Positions 35,357 to 36,684 of a DNA stretch of 36,684 bases are shown here, piece by piece. This stretch comes from a virus (taxonomy: Duplodnaviria; Caudoviricetes). The stretch lies in IMG/VR virus record IMGVR_UViG_3300037424_000400, positions 1 through 36,684 of that record. The stretch is one strand, 5' to 3'. Position 1 is the stretch's first letter, and each line of letters opens with the position of its first letter. Below the pieces are notes generated by a model. It did not search any database and was not told the origin of the DNA. It saw only the letters and a list, made by a program, of their open reading frames with translations. The position numbers and the translations under genes are program-made.

Positions 35357-36201
35357 AAACCTTCGCCGCCAACCTGACCGCGCACCTCGCCACGCGCGAG
35401 ACCACGCTCGCGACTGCGCTCAAGATCACGCGCGAAGACGGCACCGTGTTCGGCTTCACCACGCACGACATCGACGACGTGGTGTCGGGCGTCACCTATT
35501 CCGCGAATCCCGGCCTCGATGTCACCGCGATCGAAACCGCCGCCAACGCCGCGGTCGGCAACCTCGATCTCACCACCTTGCACGACGGCACGGTCTTCAC
35601 CACCGCCGACATCCTCAACGGCGTCTGGCGCAATGCGGCGTTCACCATTTTTCGCTACAACTGGGCGGCCCTGGCCGATGGCGTCGACACGCTCCTCGCC
35701 GGCACGCTGGGCGAGGCGACGCTGCGCCAGAACACCGTGGTGGTCGAGCTGCGCGACCTGCGCCAGTACCTGCAGCAGGCGGTGGGCGACGCCTCCTCGA
35801 AAACCTGCCGCGCGCGCCTGGGCGATGCGCGCTGCGCGAAGGTGCTCACCGCCTTCACCCATACCGGCACGCTCACCGCCGCGGCGAGTAACCAGGTGTT
35901 TACCGATTCCGCGCGCGCGGAAGCCGCCGCGTACTTCGACGAAGGCGAGATTACCTGGACGGGCGGGGCGAACGACGGCCTGTCTGCCAAGATCAAGTCG
36001 TTCGCCGCGGGCGTGTTCACGCTCGCGCTGCCGATGTACGGCACCGTCGCGATCGGCGACACCTACAGCGCGGTGGCGGGCTGCAGGAAGCGCCTCGCCG
36101 AGGATTGCGTGGCGAAATTCGACAACGTGCTCAACTTCGTCGGCGAGTCGCACCGGCAGGGGCTGAACGACCTCACCGCGTCGCCGGTGCCGGACGTATG
36201 A
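35353..36201 (+). CDS. DUF2163/BR0599 tail hub protein (GTA-like)
   Basis: REDGTVFGFTTHD, CRARLGDARC, AGCRK...C..KFDNVLNF.G. Confidence 0.92.
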   Translation: MKTFAANLTAHLATRETTLATALKITREDGTVFGFTTHDIDDVVSGVTYSANPGLDVTAIETAANAAVGNLDLTTLHDGTVFTTADILNGVWRNAAFTIFRYNWAALADGVDTLLAGTLGEATLRQNTVVVELRDLRQYLQQAVGDASSKTCRARLGDARCAKVLTAFTHTGTLTAAASNQVFTDSARAEAAAYFDEGEITWTGGANDGLSAKIKSFAAGVFTLALPMYGTVAIGDTYSAVAGCRKRLAEDCVAKFDNVLNFVGESHRQGLNDLTASPVPDV

Positions 36202-36635
36202 GCACGCGCGCCGACATCGTGCGCGTGGCCCGGTCCTACCTCGGCACGCCGTTTCACCACCTGGGCCGGCTGCCGGGCGTGGGCCTCGATTGCGCCGGTG
36301 TGCTGGTCTGCGTCTGCCGCGAGCTGGGGCTCGTCTCGGCGGGCTTCGACACCCCGGCGTATTCGCCTACGCCGGACGGGCGCACGCTCCTCGATGGTTG
36401 TGCGCAGTACATGACCCCGATCGATCGCGAGGCGATGCAGCCGGGCGACGCGATCCTGGTGATTACCGACTTGCACCCGCAGCACCTCGCGATCCTGGGC
36501 GATCACGCGCACGGCGGCCTGTCGATCATACACGCCGCCGCCCTGGCGCGCCCGGCGCGCGTGATCGAGACGCGGCTGCTGTTCAGCCGCGCGCAGCGCT
36601 TTGTCGCGGCGTTTGCACTGCCGGGGATTGCGTAA
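36198..36635 (+). CDS. NlpC/P60 tail-associated peptidase
   Basis: ARSYLGTPFHHLGR..GVGLDCAG, HLAI, IIHA. Confidence 0.92.
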   Translation: MSTRADIVRVARSYLGTPFHHLGRLPGVGLDCAGVLVCVCRELGLVSAGFDTPAYSPTPDGRTLLDGCAQYMTPIDREAMQPGDAILVITDLHPQHLAILGDHAHGGLSIIHAAALARPARVIETRLLFSRAQRFVAAFALPGIA

Positions 36636-36684
36636 TGGCCCAGCTCGTCATCTCCGCAGCCGGCGCCGCGATCGGCGCCACCTT
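36635..36684 (+). CDS. Start of tail-tip/host-specificity protein (partial)
   Basis: MAQLVISAAGAAIG, TAATG overlap, expected synteny. Confidence 0.65.
   Translation, partial: MAQLVISAAGAAIGAT

Overview
The window holds the left ~36.5 kb of a high-GC temperate siphovirus prophage integrated at the 3' end of tRNA-Pro(GGG). A betaproteobacterial host is my inference. The prophage runs off the right edge. Order: tRNA/attL, integrase and DUF4224 protein, a leftward early operon (ParB, full-length DnaN-like clamp, HNH, many small ORFs), a cI/cro immunity region with five GCAAG-N5-CTTGC-type operators, CII-like gene, a lambda-like cos site, primase-helicase with a symmetric iteron-like array, terminase with an embedded DNA methyltransferase, a Mor-like activator, a GIY-YIG moron, head genes (lambda-type portal, S49 protease, Mu gpT-type capsid) and a GTA-like tail. 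The most striking signal is a multi-target diversity-generating retroelement (DGR) in the early operon. Three small stand-alone DUF1566/CLec-type genes share a 3' variable repeat that differs almost only at codon positions 1-2 of NNC/NNT codons. They sit with an avd gene that appears 3'-truncated. No template repeat or reverse transcriptase is present in the window, so the element is either a relic or supplied in trans. Each variable repeat is followed by 8-bp periodic direct repeats rather than a hairpin. Family assignments are from motif recognition only; no searches were run.
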